The notes beneath the pieces were generated by a model. That model was given only the letters and a program-made list of their open reading frames with translations. It searched no databases and was not told the origin of the DNA. This document shows positions 11,579 to 25,880 of a DNA stretch of 64,000 nt, one piece after another. Origin of the DNA: Octopus vulgaris (Eukaryota); NCBI GenBank assembly GCA_951406725.2, contig OX597818.1:73470001-73534000 (forward strand), in the 5' to 3' direction. The position numbers and the translations under genes are program-made. Within the stretch, counting starts at the first letter, position 1. The number at the start of each line of letters is the position of its first letter.

Positions 11579-12086
11579 CAATAGTCACATCGTACAACAC
11601 TACACTGCTCCTAAATCCGGTCTGAATGTTGTTTATCGTGAGTGGAGGGCCTTCTGCAATTCGTTCTGGATCCCCGCAACGAGCATATTCTGAGTGTGAT
11701 TCCAGACAGTGACCTGAATAATAATAAGTCATTTTAGAGTGAAGACTGTCGATTGGTAGATAATAAATTTACAGAATTTCCTCTTTTAAATGATTGTAAT
11801 AGATAGAGCTGCGGTAGGAGAGAGAGGGAGACGAGAGAGAGAGTGAGAGAGAGAGAGAGAGAGAGAGAAAGAAAGAAACAATACTTATATCTGTGTAAGA
11901 CTGTAATAGGTTTCTCTGGTCTATAAATCAGTGTCGCTCTTTATCTTTTTATTCATACTTCTATGTTAAAATTTTAATCCCATACCAAAAAAAATAAATA
12001 AATAAATAAAATAAAGATAAAAAACAGAAAAAGAAAAATGGGGAAATGGATATCAATAATGTAAATACCAAAATGAAGTAGTAGTG

Positions 12087-12133
<47 letters not shown>

Positions 12134-13121
12134 AATCGCTATACATCACATGTTTAGACGAATAAATATGTTTATAAGACACCATCTCAGATATAATGCA
12201 TATTTTGTTCTTTATTGAACAATACTTGTATCCCAATAAGTAGTTCCTCCAGCATCGCCTGAGGATTATTATTGGCTTCTGTACATAAACGTACCTACAC
12301 CCACACACAAACACATGCACACGCATATACATGTACGCACACGCACACATTCAAACACACAATCACTCACACACCCACTCACGCACACACACGCACGCAC
12401 ACACTCACATACACACACAGACACGCACGCACATTGAAGATTGATTTAACAATGTTCCGTGTAATTTATCGACTTAACTATATTTTAGTTGCGGTGACTG
12501 ATTCGTCTGTTATTCAGCTAAACAAAAACCTTCCCGATTCTCCTTTATTCTAGTAAATACAGACCTCCGTCTTTTAGCTGTCAATCATTCCAGTTTTAAG
12601 AACATACTTGTTACATCTCTTCACTTTAATATTAGAACACAAAAGTTCTTTAGATGTTCCTTTATTATGCACGCTTGATTCTCAGCCAAACGTTAGTTAA
12701 ATCCTATTTACAAAGTCACAATAAAATTTACGATGTTTTTCGTATAAATTTTGTCATTCCTCTAAGAGTGTCTGATGTTCTCTAACTCAAGAAATGTTAT
12801 ATAGAGAATATCCGCAATTTTATACTCGAAACTATGTATCCTGGCCAACGAACACAAGAATACACAAATAAAGATTAGGAGGCCGATTCGTTTGCTGAAA
12901 TTCAAACCCCACGTTGCATATTACCAGCTTAACCAAGGGAAATTTTTATAGAAATCACTCATAGATAGCTGATGGCTAATAAGCATTATCAGAGTCGAAA
13001 ATAATTTAATCCTAATTCATTGGGACTTATCTTAGGTCATGCTCTCCAATATCTGTGTTATTATATAAAGATAGAGAGGGAGAGAGATAGAAATATAATA
13101 GATAGATATAAGATATATATG

Positions 13122-13161
<40 letters not shown>

Positions 13162-13210
13162 CAGACAGTTTGAAAATATACATAGACAGATATACGTATG
13201 CAGACTGAAA

Positions 13211-13440
13211 GGCGGTGAGCTGGCAGAAACGTTAGCACGCCGGGCGAAATACGTAGCCGTATTTTGTCTGCCGTTACGTTCTGGGTTCAAATCCCGCCGA
13301 GGTTGACTTTGCCTTTCATCCTTTCGGGGTCGATAAATTAAGTACCAGTTACGCACTGGGGTCGATGTAATCGACTTAATCCGTTTGTCTGTCCTTGTTT
13401 GTCCCCTCTGTGTTTAGCACCTTGTGGGTAGTAAAGAAAT
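13211..13440 (+). mobile_element. SINE family B, full length
   Basis: tRNA-like head plus gcctttcatcctttcggggtcgataaattaagtaccag core. Confidence 0.85.
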
Positions 13441-14514
13441 ATATACGTATGCAGATTGAGGGACTGAAAGCCATGTATTATATGTGCGTGTGTTCATGCG
13501 AGAGCGTATTGTATAGAAATAACTACGTCTATCCAATCTAGCTGGGTTATTGAACTCAATATATTTTACAATATTTATGATTGGCATCCTGTTACTTAGC
13601 CCGTCGGTAATGCATACTCTTGATTAGGGAAAAAGAGGGAGAGAAAAATAAGGAACGAAAAAAAGAGGGAGAGAGAAAATGCGAGAAAGGAAAAAAGATG
13701 GGGGGAAAAAAAGGAAAAGAGAAGTGTCTATGACGTGGGGTAGTGGAAATGTAATTGTAACGCTTTCATGTGATTATTTGAAGGGAAAAGAGGAGAAAGA
13801 AATAGGAGAAAGAAAAAGGAGATAAGGCGAGGAGTAAGCAGAAAGGGGGAGAAAGAAAAAAACAGAAAAAGGACGGAGAGGGAAGCGTCCAAGACGTCCC
13901 TTCTGAGAAACGTCTCTTCTGAGTATCACCTCTTTGATCTACTCAAATATTTTACTGGGTCGTAGATGTGCTGCGGGCGGAAAAAGCGGTGGGAGAAAGG
14001 AAAAAATTAAAAAGTCTTTTACGTTTTGAGCCTACGGTTTTGGACAGAAAGAAATAAGAGAAAAAAAGAGAAAGAGAGAGAGAGAATGTAAAAGCAAAAT
14101 ACCCTGTAGATTTAGCGGGCAACGATGGCGACTGATTAAAAAAGGAGTTTGAAAGAAGAGGTTAGAAGGAAGGGAGACAATAAATGGACAGTTACCCCCT
14201 AACAGAAGTTGCGCGTGAGTGTGCGTTTATGTGAGAAAGGTGTGTATAAATGTGCAAATGTGTGTGCGTGCGTAAATAGGTGTCTGTGACTTCGTTAAAT
14301 CTTCGACAAGTATAGATGTGTGCGCTTGTGTGTTTTTGTGTTGAATGTGTCTGTAAGTGTGTGCGTCTGTAATGTGTGGGTGCACATATAGTGGTACGTG
14401 TGGTGACGTTATTGAAGATCGTGTGTGGTCGAGGGAATGTGGAACGTGAAGGGCCGTTGACATTGCCGTAGCGGGAGATTATTCTCTTTCGATCTTGCTG
14501 GAACCATATGTGAG

Positions 14515-14892
14515 GTCTACTTTCAATGGCCTTCTCGTCCCCCAGACTTAACTAGCCTGGATTTTATCGTGTGAGAATACCTGAAAGAGGTTTACGTCAA
14601 CAAATCGGAGACCCTGGTGCAACTGAAGGAGGACATCTATAGAGAAATCAGAGAAGTGGGGTCTGAAACTCTTGAGGGTGTTATGGTGCAAGTTTGGGAA
14701 ACAGCACGCGCGTGCGAAACCGAAAATGGCTGTAATTTAAGCGATGACATTTTCCATATGTAATATAGCGGTGTTGCACAATTTGACTTGTGTGTATTAA
14801 TTATATTCTCACAAAATATCATGTATTTATTTTTGAAGTTAAAGAAGTTATTAAAAATTGAAAACTGTCAGTAGCTTCTAGGACACACTATA
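14515..14892 (+). mobile_element. Tc1/mariner-superfamily transposase 3' remnant with probable TIR end
   Basis: Translates as WPSRPPDLTSLDF..EYLKEVYVNKSETLVQLKEDI...ARACETENG.NLSD (WPPRSPDL.PLDF motif). Ends ggacacactatata. Confidence 0.75.
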
Positions 14893-15140
14893 TATATAAA
14901 AGGAGTGAAGTTGACTTCTCAATCACCTGAAAATTATTGGCCTTGTGTCATAACTAGACCAAATTTTGCTTTTGTACATTTGCCTCGAATATGGGGGTAT
15001 GGGAAGACCGGAATGACATTTTAGTATCTGACCCAGGAATGTTAAACTAACTAAAGATTGTGAAGCCATATAATATTTTATTTTTACTTCTCGGAACACT
15101 TTGTTTCAAATGCCTTTACATAAATATGTATGTATATACG

Positions 15141-15199
<59 letters not shown>

Positions 15200-16809
15200 A
15201 TGTATATATATATATATTCATTTATATGTATGATCATGTATATACGTGTATATTTATATACTCTGCAGAAGAAAATAACCACAATTGTGAAATATGCGAC
15301 AGAAACAAATGATATGACAAGTATCCTGTGTTCATGTTTTTCTTTCAGACACACAGGCACTCGTATGTACATATTCATACAACAAGCATGTCTGTCTGTC
15401 GCTCTGTCTGTATGTATGCATGTAGGTAGTTGGTAGGTATGTAGGGAGGTAGGTAAGTAGGGAGGGAGGGAGGGGGTTAGGGGAGGAGGTAGGTAGGTAG
15501 GTAGGTAGAAAGGTAGGTAAGTAGGTAGGTATTTCTGTTATATATATATGGATGGATATTTATGTGAATATATATATATACGGAGAGAAAGAGAGAAAGA
15601 GAGAGAGGAAGAGAGAGACACTGAGTTGAATGGGTGCTTGTGCACGTTTATGAAAGTGTATGAAAATACTACGTGCGTTAAAAAGTTATTCATTAGACAT
15701 CAAGTGTCATAATTAATCATAAATAAATATTTAAGACGCAGTTATAATCATAATCTTATCTAATGGTACAATTCGTTCTTATCTCTCATGATACAAAACT
15801 GTCAATCAGTATTTATATTCCTGTCTACATTGTGAGAATATTGTCTGTGTTAATTACACGATTTCTATTGCAACAATAAGAAGCGTTCTGTTATTTTTAT
15901 TATGTTGTTTTTTATTTTATTTAAGATCTTTATTTGCTATTAATGGTTTAGTGAGTGAAAGCAAAACAACGTCCATGAATCTTTTGCACTTGCTATGAAA
16001 TTTATGAAAAGACGGAGAGACATACATTCAGAGGGAAAACCTAACCAGCTATTCGCAACGAGATAGCTTCCATTACAGCCGTCCCTCCACAAAGTATTAA
16101 TGTTTAAATGATGGTCAATGAAATCAAGAATAAAACAGTTTCTATTGGAAATTCACGTATCATAGCACAGAGGCTCATTTTGGTATAATATAAACGGTAA
16201 GAATTACTACAAAACATATCTAATCTACATTTCTAAACAATTGAATTGAAAACGATTTCACGAGAGTCTCAACGGGATAACTTAATCCGTTAGAGATGGC
16301 AGCCAGGCATTTCTAAAACACCCCATTCATTATGTATATATGAAGTGTGTATGAGGTAACGTGTATGAATACCGTGTCAATGCTAAACAAAACAGAATAA
16401 ACGGCAGTATCTACCTGACATTATACGTTATTGTGTTTTGTTTGCATTTATCTATGCGTGGGAAATGACACATCTTTAGTAAATCTTATAACAGCTAGAA
16501 ATTAAAGCAAGATCTCCCTCATTTTACACCCCATTGTGTCCGGTAAGTATGTGGATATGTATATTTGATCGTGATGCTCATCTGTATTGCAGTTAAAACT
16601 GATAGATGTGGCAATTAATTATTTACATGCCACATTCAGAAGCTTTTCAAATGCATATATGGATGATCAAACAAATTGAATGCTAGCTACAGTACTGGCG
16701 TAAATTTATCGACTAAATACTTAAATGAGCTAACCCTGCATAGCTGCAACCCATCTGTTTAAGGTTGCAGAAAATGCAATATAATTAGTTATTTATTTTT
16801 TATTTATTT

Positions 16810-17111
16810 TTCGCCCTTTTCAAGTCTAGCCAGACTCATGGGCATGGTTTCCCGGTTTCTATGGCGTATGTGTCCCCACCCCAGCTGGACGGGACGGCAG
16901 TCCATCGCAGCGTTATTCAAGAAACAGGAAGAAAGAGTGAGAGAAAGTTGGGGCGAAAGAGGACAACAGGGGTCATCACTATCCCCTGCCGGAGCCTCGT
17001 GTAGCTTTAGATGCTTTCGCTCAATAAACACACACAACGCCAGGTCTGGGAATCGAAACCGCGATCCTCCGACCACGGGTCCGCTGCCCTAGCCACTGGG
17101 CCATTACGCCT
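16810..17111 (-). mobile_element. SINE family C
   Basis: Reverse complement aggcgtaatggcccagtggctagggcagcgg...ggtttcgattcccagac. Homologous to 24658-24948 and 25271-25614. Confidence 0.85.
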
Positions 17112-18487
17112 ACAATTAGTTATATCAGTTTGCTATTTATTTAGCATATTATGACGACAAGTATCAATTTTTATACTGAATAAATATGGATGACTGCCGT
17201 TTACCATAAAAAAAACTTTTATTATATACGTTTTAATATGGAATACCAGTACGCCAAAAGAGACATTTACTGTAATTCCGGATAACTGTCACTAGTTTTG
17301 ATTGAGCAAGAGATTTAACATTTCCCATTCTTAGACATATAATTTATAAGATGATTAGCATGTACATCATGTAAATTGATGTTAAAGGTACTACCGGATA
17401 CGTTGCGATTTTCAATCAGACGAGTAGGACACAATCGTTATTTTCTCTACACATAAATCTTTGTCAGATTTGTATGACCATAATCATACTAAGAAGCATT
17501 CATGTAAATAAAAATAAAAAGAGGAATAAAGTCACACATATATGCATGATTATCAGTCAGTTTACCCAAGGTTATTCTGCTGATTGTCCGGCGGAGTCAC
17601 GTGCATTTGAATCAAAGTGTAGGTGGCTGAATACTCTCCGGGAACATGTAGCCATAGTATATTTCGTAGGCATAAACTGTGTGACAGGGTTTTACGAAAT
17701 CTTCAATAGAGCTTTCGCTGTTCAGTTTTATTCATAGTGTATCGGCCGATTCAAGGCTACAAAAAACATTAATTGCCTATAATTCAAAGCAGAGGTATCA
17801 CAACCTAAGTCTATAAATTGCGAAGTTTCTTAAAGAATCTGAATTAGGTACTCATTATAAAAGGGATATATAAGTATATATGCATATACATTTTTATGTG
17901 TGTACATGTGCCTCAATGTATTTACAGACATACATACATACATACTAGAGCAGCTCAGTCAATATTGTTAACTACTTTAGTTAAAGCTGCGGCTTTAAGT
18001 CTGCCGAGAGTTGCCTCTTCAATAACTCACTTTAGAAATCCGTCTGGGAAACAGACAGGGTGATGCACTGGACAGGTACTATGATTTTACAACTTTATAC
18101 CATAAGAGAGATTTTTCCTCCACAATATCAGCAGTGATTTTGTATTTAGAAGTTGAAATATGTTAGAAAATATTTTAACAAAACTAAATTTTGCGCATGC
18201 CTAAACACTGCTTTGCGCTTGTCGTGTTGATATAAACAGTCAAGAATGAAATAGAAAGGGAATTCATAATTTTGTTGTGACATAAACAAGAAGATTAATG
18301 GTGCCAAATATGAAATATTGCAATTTGATGCAGAAAGAAAGGGTGTGTAGCTAGTACTTTACAGCTGTTTCAGGAATATTTGCATGCTTAGTACATGTCC
18401 GTGCATATTTTCTCCTGCACAAGAGTTAGTGGCAACCTATCCCGTCGTCAATCTATATGTGATGTATTATCAGCCCCTTCATTGCCT

Positions 18488-18521
<34 letters not shown>

Positions 18522-19782
18522 ACACACACGCACATACATATATATTCATATTCATATTCAGAAACCTTCATTGCACGTTACTCCGGTCCACTCAAGTATA
18601 AAGAATTCCCAGGAAAAGCTGCTGTGTTAACCCAGCAACGGATGGTGCCCGTTCAGGGAAAAATGTTATAATCTGGGTCACTTTTACTCCGTGGAAACCA
18701 AGTTGCCCTGCGTTTTCGTGACAAACCTAACCTAATATAATTCTTATTACTACATAGATGTTTGATCATTTCACAATGAAACACGTTAATATTAACTTCA
18801 CATATGTTGTATTCTGCATTTGATCATAAGTGTAAAGCTTCTTATAGTCTATAAGAAGTACTAATCTGTTGTAGAGTTAACACAGAGACACATAAAATTC
18901 CTATTTTAATTGTGTCACTACTGCACTCATTATAAAGAAACAAGAAGTAGAAAATAGGTGATTTATTTCCAATGATATTAGTTTACGCATAAACATCAAT
19001 GTTTAACTATTCACATAATTCAAATTAAGTTGCTCATATCTAAGCAAATTTTCACTTTTCTTCACAATAATTTATCAATGAGAGAATAAATAATTTATCA
19101 GTGAGTAGTTCAATAAAATAAAACGAAATCGAAGGATGTTACAAACACTCTTCAATGGAAAGGAAACTAAAATATTAAATTTCAGAAACTGATGTGAGGG
19201 AGAGAAAATAATATTTAGAAGTCATTAAATCAAACATTTAATGATGCATACATAAATAGATGACACGATTTTACATTTATATTTGTTTCTCTCTAATTAC
19301 GACTTGAATTATTAGAGAAATAACTTACATCCTTTAGTAAAAAGTTTAAATAAAACGATCGATGCGAAAATGTCGTACGATAAAAGCATGTTTGATATAT
19401 TTGCTGCCAAAACAAAGAGATAGTTGATTGTCATTGTTCTTATCATTTGAAGTGTTAGCTTCAACAGAGTGATTTCTAATTTGTAGAATATATTCCAGTA
19501 TTAAATTCATTGATGAATTATCTCATTTCCATTCAATGAGAAATTATTCCTTTGAAATAATCGTTAGTATTGTTTGTGCTGATTTTACCGCTTTCAGTCA
19601 CATAATAGCGTTTGTATTGTAGGTGAGCTTGAATGCTTATCTCTCTAAAATGTAATGCATTCTATTGAACAATAATCTCAAAAAGAAAAAAAATTTAATC
19701 AGATATATAAATCTGACAGCGTATTAATAATTTACATGCTAATACCAAATGAATATAATTTTCTGCACATACAAGCAAGAAA

Positions 19783-19796
19783 ATAATAATAATAAT

Positions 19797-19863
<67 letters not shown>

Positions 19864-19918
19864 TGTAATGATAATAATAATAACAATAATAATAATAATA
19901 GCAACAACAACAACAGCA
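19783..19918. repeat. (AAT)/(AGT)/(AAC) compound microsatellite
   Basis: Direct inspection. Confidence 0.95.
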
Positions 19919-19919
19919 A

Positions 19920-21000
19920 ATACTAACAGCGTACCGAACTCACCACCCCAAAGCAGACACAGACAGAATATAATTACTCCGCTCAGAAAAAGGCCGAGGC
20001 CTGATACAGATAGAAAACTTCTATAAAATAACAACAGTTAGACTAGAAAAGTACTTTGAAACAAAGAGAGGAAGACTACTGCATGTAGTAAAGCAACGTG
20101 AGAAAAAGAAAACGCTTTTCTCGATACACAAATAGGCAACAAAATACAAAACATAAACAAACTACACTGACACTCTGATCTCAGTTGACAGCATAACAGA
20201 AATGGTCAGAGAGAAAAAAACAACAACATGAGAACTGAATTACAAAATATACTAAAGAAGAAATGGAGAGAAAAATCACTTCATGGCCAATACCCTGCAA
20301 GGCTTGGCAGACAGAAAGTGAGCCCAAGTAAAAGCCAACAATGGTTCAAAAGTTCTAGACAAAAAGCCGAATCAAAAGGACTGATTTTCGCTGCACACAA
20401 CCAATGCTTGAATACAAGCAATAATAAAACAGAATAATGAAATAGGCCTAAACACCAAATGCAGAATGTGCAACCAGCACAATGAGACAGTTGATCACAT
20501 CATCTCGGGCTGCCCAGTCCTTACTAAGTCTGAATATGTATACAGAAACGACAAAGTAAGCAGTTATATGCACTGGGCAATATGCCAACATTACAACATT
20601 AAAGCTAACAACAGGTGGTATAAGCATGTACCAAACTAGGTACAACACAACGACCAGGCCACAATCAACTGGGATATATCGGTTCAAATCGACAAAGAAA
20701 TTAAAGCTAATTCTCCAGATATAATAGTCAAGGATTGAAGAAAAAACATCTGCTTAATGATAGACATTGAAAAATATAGTAAAAAAAGAAATGGAAAACT
20801 TGTCAAATTACAAAGAACTTGAAACTAAAGTTTTCAAAATGTGGGGCATGAAGGTAAAACAATACCAATAATAACTGAACAAAAATGTAGAAGCTATACC
20901 TGGATCCTCAACACTACACACTGTCCAAAAAATAACCTTGTTAGGAACAACTCACATTCTACGCAAGACACTATCAATCCAATTATACAACCTAAAACAA
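19920..21000 (+). mobile_element. R4/Dong-like (RLE) non-LTR retrotransposon 3' remnant 1
   Basis: WREKSLHGQYP, LIFAAHNQCLNT, zinc knuckle CRMCNQHNETVDHIISGC (CX2CX8HX4C), WD...ANSPDIIVKD, with several stops and frameshifts. Confidence 0.88.
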
Positions 21001-21399
21001 AACAACACACAAATACATGACACACTCTAAACAGCATTTACCCAGTGAATTAAATTCCCAACAGCTGCTAGAAAACCAAGGCATTAGGTCAAACTAAAGA
21101 GTTTAACTCGAGCAAAAAAAAAAAAAATTATTGTAATAGGTGTACAACAACATGTAAAAAGCGTATATTAAAAAGTACGCCCTCAAACGGGTGTTTCAGA
21201 GGACTCGGAAGATTCACATCGTCAGACAATGACCTGTAAACTCTAGTGTTTGACCTGAGCAAAGAAAAATAATTAAAAATTAATGTAATAGGTGCAAAAC
21301 AACTTGCTGTAAACGAATATAACAAATAAAGCATTACACTCACAACACACACTAAAAGCAGTAACACAATAAAAGACAGCACCATACCCCAAGGAAAAA

Positions 21400-22477
21400 A
21401 TATCACAATACCCAAAAAGTGACACAGACAGACTATACGTACCAAGAAAAAGAAGGGAGGTTGACTGATTTGATCTGAACACAGCATTAGTGCAGAAGAA
21501 AGCAATACAGCATTATATGTGAAAATGCCAAAGAACAACTATTATTGGAAGAAGGTCAGGCTTTTATAGGAATGAAGATTGTTAAGATAAAGCACTATAC
21601 AAGAACTTGAGAATCAAGGAAACTGAAAATAGGCGGATAAAGAAAAGAATGCATGGAATATTTCTTAAGGATTTTGAAGATAAGACAGTCAGAGAAAAAA
21701 GACGGCTATGGAGGACTAAAAGTGATTTAAAACCGGAATCTGAGACTCTAATCTGTGCTGCTCCAAAGCATGTATTAAGAACGAATTACCTCAAATACAG
21801 GATAGACAACACTTCAGAAAGTGATAGGTGCGAATTTGTGGACAAGATGGTGAAAACGTATGGCATATTACCAGTCAATGTACGCCACTAGCCCAGAAAG
21901 AATATGAGATGTCATGACAATATAGCAAGGATTTCCAATGGACACTTTGAAACAAGTATGAACTTGACAGAGCAAAAAAAGTGTCACGGACATAAACCTA
22001 AAGTTATCATCGAAAATGATAATGCAAATATCCTATGAGATTTTATGATTCAGTGCTCCATGAGTTAGAGAATAGGAAACCAGCCATAGTGTTAGTGAGA
22101 AAAAATCAAACGATGCTGGATCATAGATATAGCATGCCCAGGTGACAACAAGGTATGCGATAAGGAAGAGAGAAAAATCCAAAGATATAACAGGTTAACT
22201 TGGGAGGTTAAGTAGTTGTGGTCGCCCCCAAAAGTGGTTGTAACATCAATAATTGTCAAAGCCCTGGGAACAGTGAGTAAAAATATTGAGTAGTACATGG
22301 AAGAAATAGGGACTCCAATAAGGGTGGAGCACTTACAGGAAACGGCTCTGCTTGGAACCGCTAGATGGTTCTGGATAGTGCGCGAAAAATAAGGGGTGTT
22401 ACCACAATGCACTGGTAGTGAACAGATGACACACGGTAGTACATCTCCAGCATTAGAGGGTGTGCAAAAACAATAAC

Positions 22478-22478
<1 letters not shown>
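21400..22478 (+). mobile_element. R4/Dong-like 3' remnant 2, ending in (TAA)n
   Basis: KRMHGIF, DLKPESETLICAAPKHVLRTNYLKYRID, degenerate zinc knuckle, CWIIDIACPGD, LQETALLGTAR. Confidence 0.85.
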
Positions 22479-22559
<81 letters not shown>

Positions 22560-22565
22560 TAATAA
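22479..22565. repeat. (AAT)n microsatellite
   Basis: Direct inspection. Confidence 0.95.
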
Positions 22566-22599
22566 AAATAACACCACCAACAACAACAGCAATGATATT

Positions 22600-23470
22600 A
22601 ATAAAGACCAACACGTGAAGGTGACTAAGGAAAGGTGATCCGAAAGGATGCACAAATATACTAATATGCAGCGCCCAGGAACAAGCTCAGAAAACTAATA
22701 TTTCCAAATAAATAACAGGATGAATCGCCCCTTCGGTAGGATGTTTGACAGGAAAAACGAAACTATATCACACGCGGTAGAGTTAGTGTAGCAAAGTGGC
22801 CCAACAGTTACGCAAAAGGAGACACGATGACGTGGCTAAATTTGGTCACCGGAGATTGTGTGAGAAGCACGGTCTTGGAAGATCATGGAAACTATTGGAA
22901 CGTCAACTAGAAGACGTCACGTAAAATAATAAATATAAGAATTTTGAGGATTTTACAATACAACTTAACTCTCTAATAGATGTCCAAGGACCAGACATTG
23001 TTTCGAAAAGCAAAATATTATAGATATTGCCAGGCTTGGAGCCGCATGCGTTGGTGATAAAAAGCTGGAGAAGGTGGTAAAATACAAATTACTACAAGAC
23101 GAAGTTGCAAGTAAGTGGGCAATGAAAAGAATAACTGTCACCTCATTGGTTATAGGCGCACTCAGAGCACTAACAATCAAGTTCAAGAAATATGTCGGAG
23201 AATTTGGAATTAGCATGTGGATAGAGCATGCTCAAAATACTACTCTTTTGGGAACAGTGAAGATTTTAAGATTAGTGCTTGCGTGATGAGTATCTTCCAA
23301 GATACTTAGCATCATGGTACCAGGTTTAATAATTCCTGGAAAGAGATCCTGAGATACACTGTGAGAGCTTCAACAAAGAGTTGCTGTCCGCTGTCACTGA
23401 ATTAACCGGAGCAAGTAAGATCGAGAGCACTCAGAATCAAATTAGAACAGTAATCATTATTATTATTACT
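22600..23470 (+). mobile_element. R4/Dong-like 3' remnant 3
   Basis: LICSAQEQA, PRTRH/PDI-like region, IIDIA, KVVKYKLLQDEVASKWAMKRITVTSLVIGAL...LLGTVKILRLVL. Confidence 0.8.
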
Positions 23471-23477
23471 TCTACTC

Positions 23478-23659
23478 TAGGCATAAGGTCTTGAAAATCT
23501 TTGGGGGAAGATGGCTAGTCAATTACATCGACCCTATTGCATCACTGGTACTTATTTCATCGACCCCGAAAGGATGAAATGCAAAGTCGACCTCGGTGGA
23601 ATTTGAACTGAGAACATAGCGGCAGACGAAATTACCGTAAGCATTTCGCCAGCTCGCCG
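23478..23659 (-). mobile_element. SINE family B
   Basis: ctggtacttatttcatcgaccccgaaaggatgaaa is the reverse complement of the family B core. Confidence 0.8.
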
Positions 23660-24570
23660 CTACATGACAATAAAATAATGAAAATAATAATAATGATAAT
23701 AATGATAATAATAATAATAATAATGATAATAATAATAATAATAATAATAATAGTAATGGTAATAATAACAATAATAATAATATACATATGTAAATTTTAT
23801 TATTTCAGTTAGTTATAAACTTCTCCAGCTCTAGATTTGTAATGCGGGAAACATTTCTTTAGAGAATTGATCTACATAAATTCACAGGCCTAGACTTTGG
23901 GACGTTGACTAACCTGCTTAATTAGTACTCTGCAAAATAGTGAATTACTACTTTGGAGGCATTTATATTTAATTAGAATAAGTTCTTCCAAATTTTTCAT
24001 CTTCAAATTAATTAGATACGTTTTAAAATTGTAAAATGTGTCTGTCACTTTGTTATATTAATTATCGTACAACGTATACTTTAATTAAATTCGATCATTT
24101 GAAATTTTAAGTAGATATTGTAATATCTGTATAGCTTGTCTCAAAACTCTTACTCAAAATATATTAGTCTCTTCGAATACAACTTTTCATTTATAAGCAA
24201 CAAGCAAGTGATTTATCATCCTTGCGACACAGAGAGTTCCATAAATCTCCCGTTGATTAACAATAACATAACAATCTTATATGTGTCAATGTATCTTACC
24301 CAAATTAGTTATTACAGATTTATGGTGTATTAGAGTTTGAAGAGAGTCTAGGAAGTATTTAATGAGTGTACTTTATTAATTCCTTATAAATCTCCAACAG
24401 AAATTAATGAAAGTTACGAAACTGAGTTCCTTTCCATAAAACTACATTTTCAAATGTTGCACATAAAATCATTGAGGAGACAACGAATTTGGTTATTAAC
24501 AAGAACGGAACGATGTGAGTCTATATTACACCCCATCTTTCTCTTAATTTCTGCCACTCTCTCACTCTCT

Positions 24571-24657
<87 letters not shown>

Positions 24658-24948
24658 AGACCACGCTATCAGATATTAGTACACATCGCTGGTCACAATG
24701 CGCTTCGCATTGTTTTAGCCTTCAAATGTCGCCACTCTGCTGGCTAAGCAAGCAGCCCAACAGAAGATAGAGTGAGAGAAAGTTGTGGTGAAAGAGTACA
24801 GCAGGGATCGCCACCACCCACCGTCGGAGTATCGTGGAGCTTTAGGCGTTTTCGCTCAATAAACACTGACAACGCCCGGTCTGGGAATCTCTAAACCGCG
24901 ATCTTACGACCGCGAATCCACTACCCTAACCACTGGGCCATTGCGCCT
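24658..24948 (-). mobile_element. SINE family C
   Basis: Ends ccctaaccactgggccattgcgcct, the reverse complement of the family C head. Confidence 0.85.
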
Positions 24949-25146
24949 CTCCCCCCACACACACGCACACACAGACATATATATATGCATGTGTATATAT
25001 ATACAGCATGAGAGGTTTTGGTATCCAGAGAACACAAAATGTAGGTAAGGCTATGTAAGTGTTACGGAAGTACCAATGTTATACTCCCGGTTCGATCATA
25101 GTATGAGTAAGGAGTCTAACACAGGTCGCGCGTTAGCGTGTATATC

Positions 25147-25234
25147 TTAAATAAAATGAGACAACAAAATCAAGGCAGTGCGAAACTTGTAGAAATTTCA
25201 CACTGCCTTGACTTTGCTGTCTCATTTTATTTAA
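25147..25234. repeat. Near-perfect hairpin, ~40-bp arms
   Basis: ttaaataaaatgagacaacaaaatcaaggcagtgcgaaa / tttcacactgccttgactttgctgtctcattttatttaa. Confidence 0.85.
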
Positions 25235-25270
25235 CATATGTATATATATAACACGTGTGTGTGTGTGTGT

Positions 25271-25614
25271 AGACGCAGTGGCCCAGTGGTTAGAGCAGCG
25301 AACTCACGGTTTCGATTCCCAGACCTGGCGTTGAGAGTATTTATTGAGTGAAAACATCTAAAGCTACACGAGGCTCCGGCAGGGGGTGATGGCGAACCCT
25401 CCTGTACACTTTTAACAAAAAATTTATTTCACTCATTCTTCCTCTTTCTGTTTTTCAAAGGGCCATCCTTGTCACACTCTGTTTCACGTTGATTCTCCCC
25501 GAGAACTTTGTTAAGGCTACACATGTCTGTGGAATGCTCAGCCACTTGCACGTTAATTTCATGATCAGGCTGTTCCATTGATCGGATCAACAGGAACCCT
25601 CGTCATCGTAACCG
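25271..25614 (+). mobile_element. SINE family C with alternative 3' tail
   Basis: agacgcagtggcccagtggttagagcagcg head. The tail is shared with 43615-43920. Confidence 0.8.
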
Positions 25615-25670
25615 ATATATGTGTGTTTGTGAATGCACGCATGCATGAAGTTAGGCGTGTGTGCCTGTGC

Positions 25671-25731
<61 letters not shown>

Positions 25732-25737
<6 letters not shown>

Positions 25738-25880
25738 TCGCCAAGCTAACATGGCAGTCCAGAAAAATAGGACGAATGCTGCCGTTGATTAACTAGCTAG
25801 AGGCGATGCCAACATGGAGCTAATCAACGGCAGTATTCGTCCTATTTTTCTGGACTAGCGTGTTAGCTTGGCGATAACTA
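25732..25880. repeat. Inverted repeat, ~62-bp arms with ~23-nt spacer, abutting (TA)n
   Basis: tagttatcgccaagctaaca...ccgttgattaact / agctaatcaacgg...tgttagcttggcgataacta. Confidence 0.9.
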
